The notes under the pieces: generated by a model
Databases searched by the model: none
Told to the model about the DNA's origin: nothing
Seen by the model: the letters and a program-made list of their open reading frames with translations, nothing else
Shown here: in pieces, positions 50,736-63,376 of the stretch
Layout of the letters: each line of letters opens with the position of its first letter
Numbering within the stretch: position 1 is the stretch's first letter
Position numbers and translations under genes: made by a program
Origin: Trichosphaerium sp. ATCC 40318
Lineage: Eukaryota > Protista > Tubulinea
Assembly: GCA_038496445.1 (NCBI GenBank)
Contig: JALMLS010000436.1
Coordinates: 49,693-113,692 of the forward strand
Direction: 5' to 3'
DNA: 64,000 nucleotides

Positions 50736-52008
50736 TCATACTTTACCTTCTAGTAATGCAGCTTTTACGCCTTCTTCTAGATCCTTTGGTATGACTTCTT
50801 TTGGTAGGATATCATAAGTTTTGTCAGGAACAAGAGTCAAGTCTTTAGGTCGTTTAATGTCTAAAGTAAAAAGAAAAAAACAAGTTAGAAACAATTATAC
50901 TCTTGGTCATGACTCTCAGCGTACTCTTAAAGATATCAGACGCCTTCACTTTACTAATGAGAGATGTATCAAATCCTCCTGCTTTAGCTAATGCCATACC
51001 CAGCTCATAACGGCTACAATTAAACCATAAACAAAAAAAGAAAACACTGTTCCAAACAACAATCTTGACATACCTCACTCTTCTTGGTCCACACACATGC
51101 CATATTTTATTTTTATCTACTCTCTTTTCTATTAGGCACAAAGTAGCCTTTGCAGCATCTGTTGCGTGGCAACAAGCCCTGAATTCGTCAATAAATAACG
51201 TCAAAGCTTCTCCAGCCGAAAGCTTGTCATGCATCACTTGAAAGAAAGATCCACCAAGCCCATACATTTGAGGATATCGTATAACTTCATAGAAGTTAAA
51301 AAAAAGAGACATCCACAAACGAGAAACAAGAAAAAATGAACAGAAAAAAAAAACGTGCCAATAGCTTTTCCTAAAAGTCCTTTTTCTGCATCTCTTTTGC
51401 TTTGACCGTAGATAGTAAGTGGTGAAGTATCACTATCGATTGAATATGGTGCAGTATCACCGTCAAAAACCTTGACGAGCACGTGAGTGCTTCCAAACGG
51501 CGTTTTTTTGGTTTTTTTTGCAAAGCAATTTTCTCGTTTTAGGATTGTTTTTAAAGCGTACCATATCGCTTGACGCGTATAAACATACTGCATTAAGCTC
51601 ATTGGAGAGGTTAGCAATAGCAATAGGCACTTTTGTGTTAATTGTTTTATATGTATCCCATTCCTCCTTTGGAGGGTTGTATCTAGTGTTTTAATGAGAA
51701 AAAGAACACTTAGGGCGCATACAGTGTTAATGCAGCTAATTGAATAACCACTGTCGGCTTGAACTCTCTGATACGCTTTAATACATCATCAGTATTAGAT
51801 ACAAGGTCTATTGATGTGCTGTTAACTCCAGGTGCCACTTCGATACTTTTTCTACCCAAAAAGCTGTAAGACGTATATAATAGCGCTAAACATACCTTCC
51901 TAAAGCCAATAATGCGCTTTTGGGGTATTTTTCCTGTATTAGTCGACACATGCGCCTACCAACAAACCCTGTGGCGCCTGTCACAACAAATCTATGATTG
52001 GATGTCAT
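50736..52008 (-). CDS. Extended SDR, RmlD (dTDP-4-dehydrorhamnose reductase)/MAT2B-like
   Basis: FVVTGATGFVG, FKPTVVIQLAA.T, YASSD.VFDG..APY......PL.IYGQSK..AE, LF.DEFR, IWHVCG, RP.D.TL. Confidence 0.85.
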
Positions 52009-52256
52009 GCGTAACGTTACGTTAAGAGATTTTCAACAAAGCAGAAACAGAAAAATCAAACAAAGTCAACCAAACTTTACTTTTACAAAAAAACGGCTTC
52101 TTAGCTGTTTAGCTTTACTATACAAGCGATATCTTAATGTCCTGTACTACGAAAGGACTTTCTAATACTGTCACAGGTTATATCTTATCCTTGTATGCGA
52201 GGAAACAAATCATACTTTTCGAAAAATGAAAGAATTGTGTGTTTTTTTTTTATCGA

Positions 52257-54981
52257 TTACTCCTGTTCCATAGCGTCTACATCAGCTTTTTTGAATTGCA
52301 TAAAGTAACGATCATCTCTACCACGTGATTTCCACATACTATCAAACCAAGAAGTACCATAAGCCTAAGTAAAATGTGAGTAACCAGAAACTTAATTAAT
52401 TTAAAAAAAACACTTACAGATGGAATGCGATCGATCATGTCTTTGTTTAATGCTGTCTCAAAACCACTTTGTTTTAGTTCAGAAGCTAAGCATTCTGCGA
52501 AAGTCTTATCATCAGTAACAACAGTTACTAGACCGTCTTCAGTAAGCATATCATAGACCTTGGAAAAAAATAAGAAAAAATCCATTGAAATAAAAGTACA
52601 ATAAAACAACCGTATAATACGTCATTGTCACATGGTATTAGAAAAAATTTTATCGTATATGATGTAGGGAATATGTAAATGATGAATATCACACAAGATA
52701 ATGGGACATAGTCCAGAAAAGAAGAAAAATCGAGAGAAGAAAATGTACAAAAAAGAAAGTTTGAGTTTGAATTAAAGATTTGATTGTTCAGTTGGGTGAT
52801 GATGAAGGAACGTTTAGAAAGTTCCATATCGTTTGATATATATTTTGTAAATAACTTACGATATTAAATAAAGATGCATTGAGGAACACTGGCTTGAAAT
52901 GTTGTAAAGCAGGCTCAGGGAAATTGACAAAAACTTCTTTGACTGTGTTGCTCTTAGAATAATTTTCTAATACCTCCTTGGCATCACCACATAATGCACG
53001 GATATTACGCGCTTTATGAATGACCATATTTAACCTAACAGGAAACAATCAGACTCAAAGAAAACGCACAAGAAGTCAAAACTGTTTGTTTTCATTGAAT
53101 TGCGAAGAAATCTTTTTATCTCGTGTTGTTGTGGTTGGTTCGTACCATGTATAGAAAATACGGTCTTTGCGGAGTTCCATAGCTACCCAATTTGTCTTTT
53201 TATCGCTCTTTGCCTTCTCACAGATCCAGTTTCCGTTACCACATCCAATTTCAACTTTGACAGGGTTGTCGTTGTTAAATAACATTTCACTGTTCCATTC
53301 AAGCTTTGGCATCTCTGTGTCAGAATAAAACACAAGTTTAGAGTTCTTTGGTCCTAGAATCTAAGATAAAATTAGTCTCAAACGCAAGACAGAAGAGGAG
53401 AAAAATGAATAGTGTGACGATTTTTTAGCGAAGAAAAAATAGTTTAGTTTCATAAAAAAAACTGGGCGTTTTGGCGTACATTGTATGCTTTTCCTTTTCT
53501 TTTTATAATCCAAGCCTTTAACATATCGTAGAAATCCATATTACCGAAAGCTAATTCAGTATCTACTTCGACAGAAGGAGATTTTAAAAAGTTAAGAAGT
53601 GCTGCAGACTCCTTTACTTTACCTATTGAACAATTTAGAAAATCAAAACTTTCACGGCCCTTCACTTGTAGATACGGGTTTAAAACTTTCAGAAAGTGAT
53701 CTTATACGTACCTAGAATACCGGAGCATATAGCCATATCCAAATAAGTTGATTTGAAGCGAACAAAATCACCTTTTTTTAAAACTTTTAGGTAAAATAAA
53801 ACTTTATCCCATCGAAATGTTCTTGCTGATAATTTAAGCATTATATTAACCAGAGTATCATTAACAATATGTTGTTCATAAGCATATTTAAATAATTTTT
53901 CTGCTTCCTCAAACTCACAATCTCTAAAAAAAGGAGTGAATGAAGGACATAACCAAAACATGTTGCGCAAAATGGAAAAAAAATCAAAGAAAAAACAAAA
54001 TGTCTAGGCGAGCATCCAACGCGTTTTATGTACCTTAAAAATCCACGTAATAGAGTACCATACGTTCTAATATTCGGAATAACACCATGTTCATGCATTT
54101 CATTCAAAACAACCAATGCTTGATCCATCATCATTTCATTGACGTAGCCTTTGGGACAAAAAAAATTGCTGTCACAATCACATATTTTATTGGTCTTTAA
54201 ACGTACCTTTTAGCACTGTTGTAAATACTACTGTATTTGGTTTAATCCCAGGAGTATTTTTAAGTTCTTCAAAAGTATCATTAAGCTTCTGGGAGTGCCC
54301 AATTCTAAAAAACAATTTTTAGAACAAAAAGTGTTAAAAAACAGGTCAAGTACTAACCTGGCGTAAACATTTAGGAGCGCTGAGTACGAGTATATATCAG
54401 GTTTAAGTCCAGTTTCAAGTAACTGCTCCCATAGGGCCTCTGCAAGCTCGACATTTCGATATTTTGCGGCATCATTCATGTGACGGTTGTATAGTTTTAA
54501 ATTGCTTCTCTTACGCGTTGTAGTAAGGATGCGCACCATTTTCTCGCGCCAAACGTCAACTGGAGGAAGATCTTCTGGAGAAAAAATGATTAATAAACTG
54601 TTTATACGTTTTAATAACGTAAATAGCTTTATGAAAGTATGCTTACGCTCTTTATCGGGTCTAAACCTGTCTTCATCGCCTTGACCTTTTTGAAGCCCTC
54701 TACCGCGGCTTCGTACAGATACATCCACTTGTCTGAATGAGGGATTCTCCGCTGGGCGTTCTACACGCGTTGCCTGTATTTTTCGCTTTTTTCTTGCTTT
54801 AACACGCTATCAGTACAATAGTCTAAAATACTTTCGTACCAGGTATTGGAGTATCTCTAGCACTATCTATGAGGTTTTTCCAGTTTGTTGTTTTCAATTT
54901 ATGGTCAAATTCCATGTGCCGTGGGCGCTTATAACCGCCATCGCGATTATTGCGATTATTTCTTGATTTGTTCCTTGACAT
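52257..54981 (-). CDS. PPR-repeat + TrmB-type tRNA (guanine-N7)-methyltransferase fusion (PPR-TGM)
   Basis: PPR motifs GLKPDIYSYSALLNVY, GIKPNTVVFTTVLKGY..ALVVLNEMHEHGVIPNIRTYGTLLRGF. TrmB motifs VEIGCGNG.W, WVAMELRKDR, VFVNFPEP, VVTDD, YG.SWFD.MW. Confidence 0.9.
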
Positions 54982-55119
54982 TTTAACAAAAGCGTACAAG
55001 TTCAAATAAATAAAAGATGTTTGTTGACTTTTTTGTTGTGCGCTTTTTTACCTTAAGTAAAGTCACGCAGTAAAAGCAACATTATTACGACTGTATAATA
55101 CGTATTGTATTTAGATCCT

Positions 55120-57420
55120 ATGGATTCAAAATGGCTATTACGCGCTCTGGTTATTATTGGTTTATGCCACTCAGTTTCAGCTCTTGTAGTGACAAACGCT
55201 ACAAAATACGTGGGAATGGTGCGTAAATAATAAATAATCACATTTGTCAGCTACCTTTAAAATTACTAACAACGGCTTAAAAAGAGCTTCAATACGCCTA
55301 GAATGAGAGCAGTAGCAAAATCTTGGAGTGAAACCTTTCAAGACATATCACTTGTACTGTCAACGCGTGCAAATGTATCCAACAGGTACGCAGAAACGGT
55401 TTAATCCAATTGCCTTTTTTGCAGTTGGCGTTTGGTTTTTTTATCTTTTGTTGTAAACCTCATTAAAGCTCACACCAGACACAATTAGGCTTGTTTTGTG
55501 GCTTGAAGAGGAAAAATTAGAAGATGACTCCGGTATAGGACGAGCGTACGAAAGAGGTGCAAAAGGAGTTATATTCATTAGCGCACGTACGTTTAACTGC
55601 CTTGTTCGAATTCTAATCTATTTTGATCAAAACAACTTTTTTCGTTTGAATTCTGGACTTGTTTAAACATGTCCTAACGCAGCTCAACAGCTATTACAAT
55701 ACCTCCCGTCACCTTTTATTCAAAACAAGAAAACGACTAAATTAGTACTTAAGTGAGTAAAATGTCTAAAACTCGGTTTACGTAGGTAGAATCGCTGGGT
55801 TGTTCATAATGACACATCCTGATCAGGTTAAAGACTATGCTGGAGTAAATTTTCCCACGTTTCAAATATCTAAGCAAGACGGCCTTCAACTCGAGGAATT
55901 AATATGCGCAAATAACGGATCAATCCAGGTTACGATTGATGATAATGGTACGAACACCTACCTTTATTTTCAAGTGTCAGAAATCGTGATTCTTTTTTTT
56001 TTTTTTTTTTTTTTTCTTTGATTTTGTCCCAATCGAGTGGTGTGGGCTGACTTGTTTAGATACTAATGTTTGGGAAGAGTATCTTCGAAATATAGTAAAT
56101 ATTCTATTATTCAATGTATTGTTGGGTTCATTTGCTCTAATAACAATGGCATTTGCAGCTGCTAAGTTTTATCAATACACTGTAATAAATGTACGATTTC
56201 AAGAATGTACTTTTTTTTTTGGTTTCTTAAAAGATTCTTAGGGATTGCACTGGTCTGTTTGTCAAGTATGCCTTAGCATGGAAATTTTTGCAAATTTTGG
56301 TACGCTTAAACTCGCATCTAATCAACATGGTGGTCTCAGAGAGGCAGTTTTTTTTTTAAAGCTTGTGTTTACTGATTTTTGTATTAATAGTGAGGGCGTT
56401 TTATTTGTTCATAGATCCAGTATTTACAAGGCTTATATTCCCAGATATTTTAGCAAATATATTACTATCCATAACATTCCCATTTATGCTACTCACAACT
56501 GTATTGATTGGTTTATATTGGTACACCGAATTTGTTGACAAAAAGATTTATTCAAAATTCTAACACTTTTTTTTTCAGGCAGGAACTAAGCAGGAGGCAA
56601 TCTGTCGCTATACTGGTTTTTATTAAAAGAATGAAGATACCTTTCTATATTGTATTCTGTACTCTTCTATTATTTGATATTGTTTCTGCTAGTATGAGGT
56701 CTATAGTGCAGGTATGTCAATGGTTTTGCGTTCTTTTTTGTAGTCAGTTTCACTGAACCTTGTTTAGTCGATTGGTGAACAAATGGTGTTTGCTGCATCT
56801 TCGATTTACCTTATACTCACTATTCTTATTGTTATTTTTTTCCTTTGGGCTGGATCAGCTATTTTAAGTAAGCTCGAGGTTCCGTCTGATTCTCAATCAA
56901 AACAAAACAGGAGGTTGAAAAGGCTCCGACTTGTTACGATTCTTATCATGTCAAGCGCTATTTTTCAAGTTGTTCCCATAGTTGCTGTAGCTATTACATT
57001 ATCAACAGGTCTAATTTGGTACGTTTGAGTATTCTAAGAACTAAACAAAGTCTTCGTAGTCTTCATAAACATTTTCTCTTTTTTTTCTTCTTTTTTTTAT
57101 TCACGTTGTTCTAATGACTTTTTTGTAGGGAGTATCCTGAGCTATATACTACTTCTTGGTTCGTTTTCTATTTTTGTATCATTGCTACAAGTTTTATTCA
57201 AATAATGGCTTGGGGGACTTCACGTAAGAAAGGAGGAAGTACAAGAAATACTTCAAGTTATATATCAACAACACAAAGAGCCACAGGTGTTGCTGACGCA
57301 TCTAATTTTAATAATAATAACACTTCTGGTACAGTTACTTCTATACCAGTTGATGATGAAACTAAAACAGTAAATGGTGAGGATGAAAAAGAGTCCGTTG
57401 ATAGTCTTGAAAACTGCTAA
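55120..57420 (+). CDS. Signal peptide + PA (protease-associated)-like domain + ~7-TM membrane protein
   Basis: MDSKWLLRALVIIGLCHSVSA; RAYERGAKGVIFI...FPTFQISKQDG.QL..LI (PA-like); then a series of hydrophobic helices (..RAFYLFIDP.., LIGLYWQE..) and an S/T/N-rich tail. Confidence 0.7.
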
Positions 57421-57789
57421 GAAAAAAACAAGGAATAAAAACTAAATGTAATTATAAAATGAAATAAAAGACACAACAGTGGATAAGTAAGTCAATTTTG
57501 TAGCAATAATATAAAAGCATAAGTATACTCTAATTAAAATGACAACCATTTGCAGTGTGTCCGACAAAGACTGTTAAAAGGTGGATCTGAAGCTAACATT
57601 AATACCTCACACATAGTTTGTAATGCGGCACAATAACTCTTCACACTCATCGAAGACATTGTAACTTGAAATTAAACAACTACTAATTATACAATACAAC
57701 GTACATTACACTGAAACTTTAAGAATGTAATAGTTCTGAAATTTGTGCTACAACAATCACGTTTCGTCAGAATAGTTAATAAATTTCAA

Positions 57790-58459
57790 GTGATTCTCCC
57801 TTTGGAGACCATCTTTTCGTTATGCCAACAGTATTACCTTTATCATATGTTTTTGTTTCAGCTAATACCTTACCATACATGCAATCTTCTGGGCAGTGGT
57901 ACCTTTGAACAAAACAAATAAGTATCAAGTTTTTTTTTCCTTTTTTTTTCTTCTTTTTTTTACCTTTTGTATTCGCCATGTAATTGATTATTGTCGTAAT
58001 GACTCGATATCCATATACTCCCATTACTAAAATACTCTATTGACGGCCCATGCTTTTTCCCTTTTACAAAATAACACTCTGATACTATATTTCCTTGTTC
58101 ATCCCATCGTCTTAAATTACCTTCATGCAACCCATTTTTTGTATAAAACTGAATTGCTAACCTTCCATTTGACCACCACCATCGTGTTACACCCTCAGTC
58201 TTATCACCTGATATCCAACTCTCACTCCTTAAATTGCCTAAGAGTTACAAGCTTGTCAGTACGGAGGTGTGAGCTTTTAGAGTATTGTACCTAATGCATC
58301 CCATTTTCTCCAATGGCCACGTTTATTCAAATTATTATCGAACCTTGAGCACGTGGCTGCTGCAAAACATAGTTCAGGCCATGCCATAAATACTTCTCTG
58401 TCCAATTCGTATATGAGACGATGAATCTCAACGGGTAGAGTCATCAGAAAAGATGTCAT
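57790..58459 (-). pseudogene. Decayed F-box-like/MORN-variant paralogue of 7108-8986
   Basis: MTSFLMTLPVEIHRLIYELDREVFMAWPELCFAAA...NNLNKRGHWRKW aligns to LLTQLPSDIQCSICSLDKEVFIKYHLLSAAAA...NDFRKKGTWKQW. Stops and frameshifts follow, with residual WWSNG and RWSPKG units. Confidence 0.78.
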
Positions 58460-58791
58460 TTCGCTCGAACCTTCTTTTAGTTGTTTTAACGCTTTTTCGC
58501 TTTACACGCTATAGTATGAGCGTAGACGACTTACCAATCGTCCAAATAATAACTGGGCGTACTGTAGCCCAAAAGTAGAGCGGGTGGTGCTAATTTAGCG
58601 GTTGGAACGTGATATTATGCAGCAAGCGTAAACCTGAAGCTACTGCTTGTTTTTTACCTGAAAAAGCGTCTACGGTAAAAATGGAAAGCGAATGTTCAAG
58701 CAAGTCGCTGTAAGTCGTTAAACATACCAGATTTGCCTGTACAAAGGTATACCACTACACCGTTGCTGTACGCTCAGTTGACTTGCTTTAG

Positions 58792-60684
58792 ATGCGAATT
58801 GCTGTTATTTTCCTTTGTTTGGCGATTGCTAGCGCTGTAGCTATGCAATCCATGTCTATCAAGCGTACTAAGCCTGGTGTAAGCACTAACGACTTGAGAA
58901 ATTTCCTTAGACTTGACCATCCTGGCAAAAACATCCCTGTGGGCGGTAATATTGTTCCTCTTGGTATTTTTTATATTGAGGTAACAATTGGCTCTCCTCC
59001 CGTCATTTTCAATGTTGCTTTCGACACTGGTACGTTTAAACGCCCACATACACCGTACGTCGCTAACAAGAACAGGAAGCGGCGATTTAATTGTACCAGG
59101 CGAAGGTTGTGTAGGATGTCATCTAGAGAGTACGTGATACCCATAAAAATGATAGTAATTGTATTAGAGGAGGGTATTTACGTTCCTGAAAACTCCACGA
59201 GCTCAAAGAAAGTTGACTGTGAATTTTTCACTTGCCCTAAATGCGTCGTACGCTCTTTATACTTTCAACACCGCTTTACTGATAAACATTCTCGCTAATA
59301 GAACCAACAATGCGCTTTCAAAAACACGTACGACTTTTCGAAACAGAAAACTTTCCTTTTTCGTTTTATATGGCTTTAACTGCTTGCAAATGTTACATTA
59401 CCATGTGCTGCAGTATATGAACATATTTTAAACGAACTTGTGGAACACAGTGCAGAGAAACGACTTGATTTTTTTCAAACTTTTTTTTCTTTTTTGCTAA
59501 CTTTTTTGACCTTGTAGCTACGAAACATGTAATATCACTGATCCAAACCAACCTTGTACTGTAAGCGGTCCTGTATACGAAGATGTAACTGCTCTTGCTG
59601 GTCTCAGCACACCTGTTCGCTTTGGAACAATCGTACGAGATTTGTTTTAATCAATTCAGTTGACTTACTCGTTTTTTGACCTCTAGACTTTCCAAACAGC
59701 AAACTTTGAACAATTTTATGTCATTGATGGTGTAATTGGTTTCGCAGATAGCTCTGGTTTTGGTGTACGTTTACTTTAAGTGACAATAAGTTGTATTGAA
59801 CACTAACATGATAAACAAGGCCACAACACCTTTTGCTTCATTGGCAAAAGCAGGAAAGGTCGATAATGTATTCTCATGGTGTTTTAACGCTGGTAAATTC
59901 CCTCACTCTGGTGTTCTTACTATTGGTGGTGCTGATCCTAAATACTACACTGGTGAGATCTCATACACACCACTTACATCCGGATACTTCAAGTACGTTC
60001 ACTTTATTGTGTTTCCCTTTGAAAATCAATAGTTTTTTCTTACTTGTTCCTAGTGGCTACACTATTGAAACCACAGGTTTGAGCCTTGGTCAAGACTCTA
60101 TCAGATCTAGTAGTGCTGGTACGTAGCTGTATAGAAACGAGTTATACAGCAGGTTTTTTGTTAAATGTTTGATATTAGAGTACATTATTGATAGTGGTAC
60201 CAATACCTTGCTTCTAAGCCAAGATGATTACCAATTGATCAAAAAGCAGTTCATTGGAAACTGTAATGGTGTCAGGTTACCTGGTATCTGCAACAGTGGA
60301 AAGACTTTCTTTGATGGTGTTTGCTTTGAGGTAAAAAAAACCAAAAAAACAAACAAACTTGACACACGAGCTAGGTCTCTGCTGATGAGATGAAAGATTT
60401 CCCAACAGTATCAATGAAATTCTCTGGTGATGTAACCATGACAATGAGTGCTGAAGAGTATCTCTTACCAGATATTAAGAAAGGTAAAGAAACGTCAACT
60501 TTTCTTATTTTTTTCTGACTCCTTGTTTACAGGCGGTGACTACAAATGCTTTGGTATCCTTCCTAGTTCAATTCCTATTATTGGTGATGTCCTCATGAAG
60601 CCATACTACACCGTTATCGACAATGCACAACAAAGATTCGGATTTGCTCCTGTAGATCGCACTGCTTGCTTAAAAGGAGTATAA
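58792..60684 (+). CDS. Secreted pepsin-family (A1) aspartic protease
   Basis: Signal peptide, FYIEVTIGSPP..FNVAFDTGS, DGVIGF, FSWCF..GVLTIGG.DP.YY.G.I.YTPL, YIIDSGT, IIGDVLMK.YYTV.D....RFGFA. Confidence 0.93.
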
Positions 60685-60913
60685 ATCACAAATAAACATA
60701 TTTTTCTCGACACGGTTTTTCGTGGTGACTACCAAGCGTCGCCCTAAGTTTCACTGGTAGTTACATGCGTTCAGTTTTGGTCAAGTTAAATCTTTGCCAG
60801 TTGAAACTACAAAATAGTGTTTGGATAGATAGACAGCGTCATAATTACCATGTTGTAGATGAATACGCCATTATACGCTCATTGTAAGTTAATATAAGCT
60901 TATACGTTTGAAA

Positions 60914-63211
60914 ATGTTAAATGTCACAGCTAGGAGATTGCCAAGCGCACTTACGAACGAAAATAGCATTAAAATACGCTTTAAACGTACAAAAACGAAA
61001 AAAAGACGTACCAAGGTACCAAGTGGATATTGGGATAGCAAAGACAATCAACGCACTTTTTTTGCCCATGTAGAAGAGGAATTAGGCATTACAAAGCATG
61101 AACACTGGTATTCAGTGTCAACAAATGATATTGCGTCTTTGGGAGGCAAAACAATGCTGTTAAGGTATTAATACGCGTCGTGACGCCCTTACAACTAGTT
61201 TGAGGCAAAAACTGCTTTTTTGATTTGTGCTGCTTATTTGTTAGTAGATATAGCAATTCCCTGTATAAAGCTCTATGTACATTATACCCAAAGGTTAATT
61301 GGATTAAATGGCGTTTCGTGTACGAAATTCCACTTCTTTTATTCCAAGTTTTTTTTTCTTTCCTCTCTTCTCCGTTGTTCTGTTCTGAACATGATTTTAT
61401 TGATACTCTAATAGAAAATTACATTCTCCAGATAATCACAGGGTTCAGATAAACATATTAGCGAAGGATATGAATGTTAAAACACTTGATGATTGGTATA
61501 ATGTTAACTACAGTGAAATACGAAATAGAGGGATAAGTAATATTCTTACAAAGTGAGTTAGTTGTTGCACATGTGATATTGAAAAATAACAAATTTATTT
61601 AGATTCAGTGGGTCTATATATAGGTGTCTTGAGGCTATATATAGCGATTATGATTGGCAATTATGGAAGTTCAAGTGCGTTCTTTTTCCTTGAGATTTTT
61701 TTTATCGTTTATTTTTTTTTTCGGGTTCAACAGTTGATATAGATTCCTAATTCTTTTAGGAATCCTCCAAAAGGAGCTTATGGTGAAGGAAAATCTCAGA
61801 TGTCTGCATCTGAAGATATGGCAGAGCACCTCGGTATTAAAACATTTGATGGGTGGTACAATATATCAGGTAAAGATTTTCGGCGTAATGGCACTCTATC
61901 TCTACTCTCAAAGTAAGTTTGCAGAAACGCATACTACTTAATTACCACCTAACATTTTTAAAAGGTACGACATGGATATTCCTTCAGCACTTCAATCTCT
62001 CTACCCAGTATACAATTGGGATGACAGTCAGTTTAAGTAAGTTCAAACTTAACTGATTTCTCATTTTTGGTTCTCACCAGTTTGCAAAGGTTCAAAAAGC
62101 GTATTATGACGCCTATGGCTAAGCTATGGAAATCAGGTGATCATGTCAATACGATGAGAATTCTTGAACAAAAACTTAAGGTCTATGAACCTGAATCATG
62201 GTACGTCATACAAAGCAGCTCTAATGTTAACTTAAGGAAGGTATCGAATATCACTTGCGCAGCTTTTAGAGCATGCTGGTGGTTCTGGTGTATACTTGGC
62301 GTTTCCCAATGTACTATCCTTGATGTATCCAAATGTTAGATGGAGATGGAAATCATTTGCTTTGAGTAACAAGAAGTCTAGACAAAGGTACCAACTTTTT
62401 AGCTATGTTTTTTTTTTGACTTGTGCAAGAATTTTGATTGAGAGCATCCGCAAGGTTCTACCTCAAGCTAAAGTTCTAGAAGAGCAATACATAGATGTAA
62501 GAGAGTATCAAAAATCTCTACTAAGTGTAGATGCGTTTTTACCAGAGTATAATCTAGCGTTTGAGTATCAAGGTAATTTCTAAAAAAAAAAAAAAAGAAA
62601 GCGAATCAAAGTTGTTTAAGCACGCTAAAAATACAACCAAGGTGAACAACATTTTCATGATGTACTTCCGCATGATGTTCCTTCGGTTGTAAGTAAGGCA
62701 AGGGATGAAGAAAAGAGACACTTACTAAAAGAATCTGGTACTACAATGCTTCAAAGAAAAACCATTCTAAAACGGCACTAACTTTTTCATTCGAAAAGGC
62801 GTAACACTTGTGGCTATTCCGTATTGGTACCTTTTTTAGAATTTTTACATTTTTAAACTACTACAGTATTATACAATATCGTCATTATATTTTAAAGACA
62901 GACACTGTTCTGCTTACTTCAATATTGTAACATAAAAATAACACCTTTTTTTTTTTAAACTATGACGCATCTCTATTTGTTTTTGACTGCTTTTTTGCAG
63001 GTGGAATGGTGATATAGATGTTCTAGGTGCCACAATAATGTATTATAGAGAAGATATAAAATGTAATTGCAACTGGAAGGACGCTGAGCCTATTCTTATT
63101 GACGAGTTTGATGAGAACCCAAAATTTAAAAGAAAAATAGGAACTGTAATGAACCCTGCAAAGTTACTTGCTTGTACGTCTATTTTTTATCCCCATTGTA
63201 GTTATACATAA
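60914..63211 (+). CDS. ~70-aa W/Y repeat protein with C-terminal PD-(D/E)XK/Vsr-like domain (copy 2)
   Basis: Basic N-terminus, VPSGYWDSKDNQRTFF..EELGI....WYSV..GG..LLRY..SL.KAL..LYP...W..W.F repeats, then VDAFLPEYNLAFEYQGEQHF..RDEEKR.L.KE.GVTLV.IPYWW. Exact stop tentative. Confidence 0.8.
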
Positions 63212-63376
63212 CATAATGATATCATTATAGAACAATATCATTAACTCAAAATACCACCGAGCAATAACCTGCTTTCTTGTATAATTAAAAGATTTAACAA
63301 AACGTTCATGTCAAAAGTCTTGATTAAGAGAAAATCAATGAATGCTTTAATCAAAGTTACGCATTTATTGGTGGCG

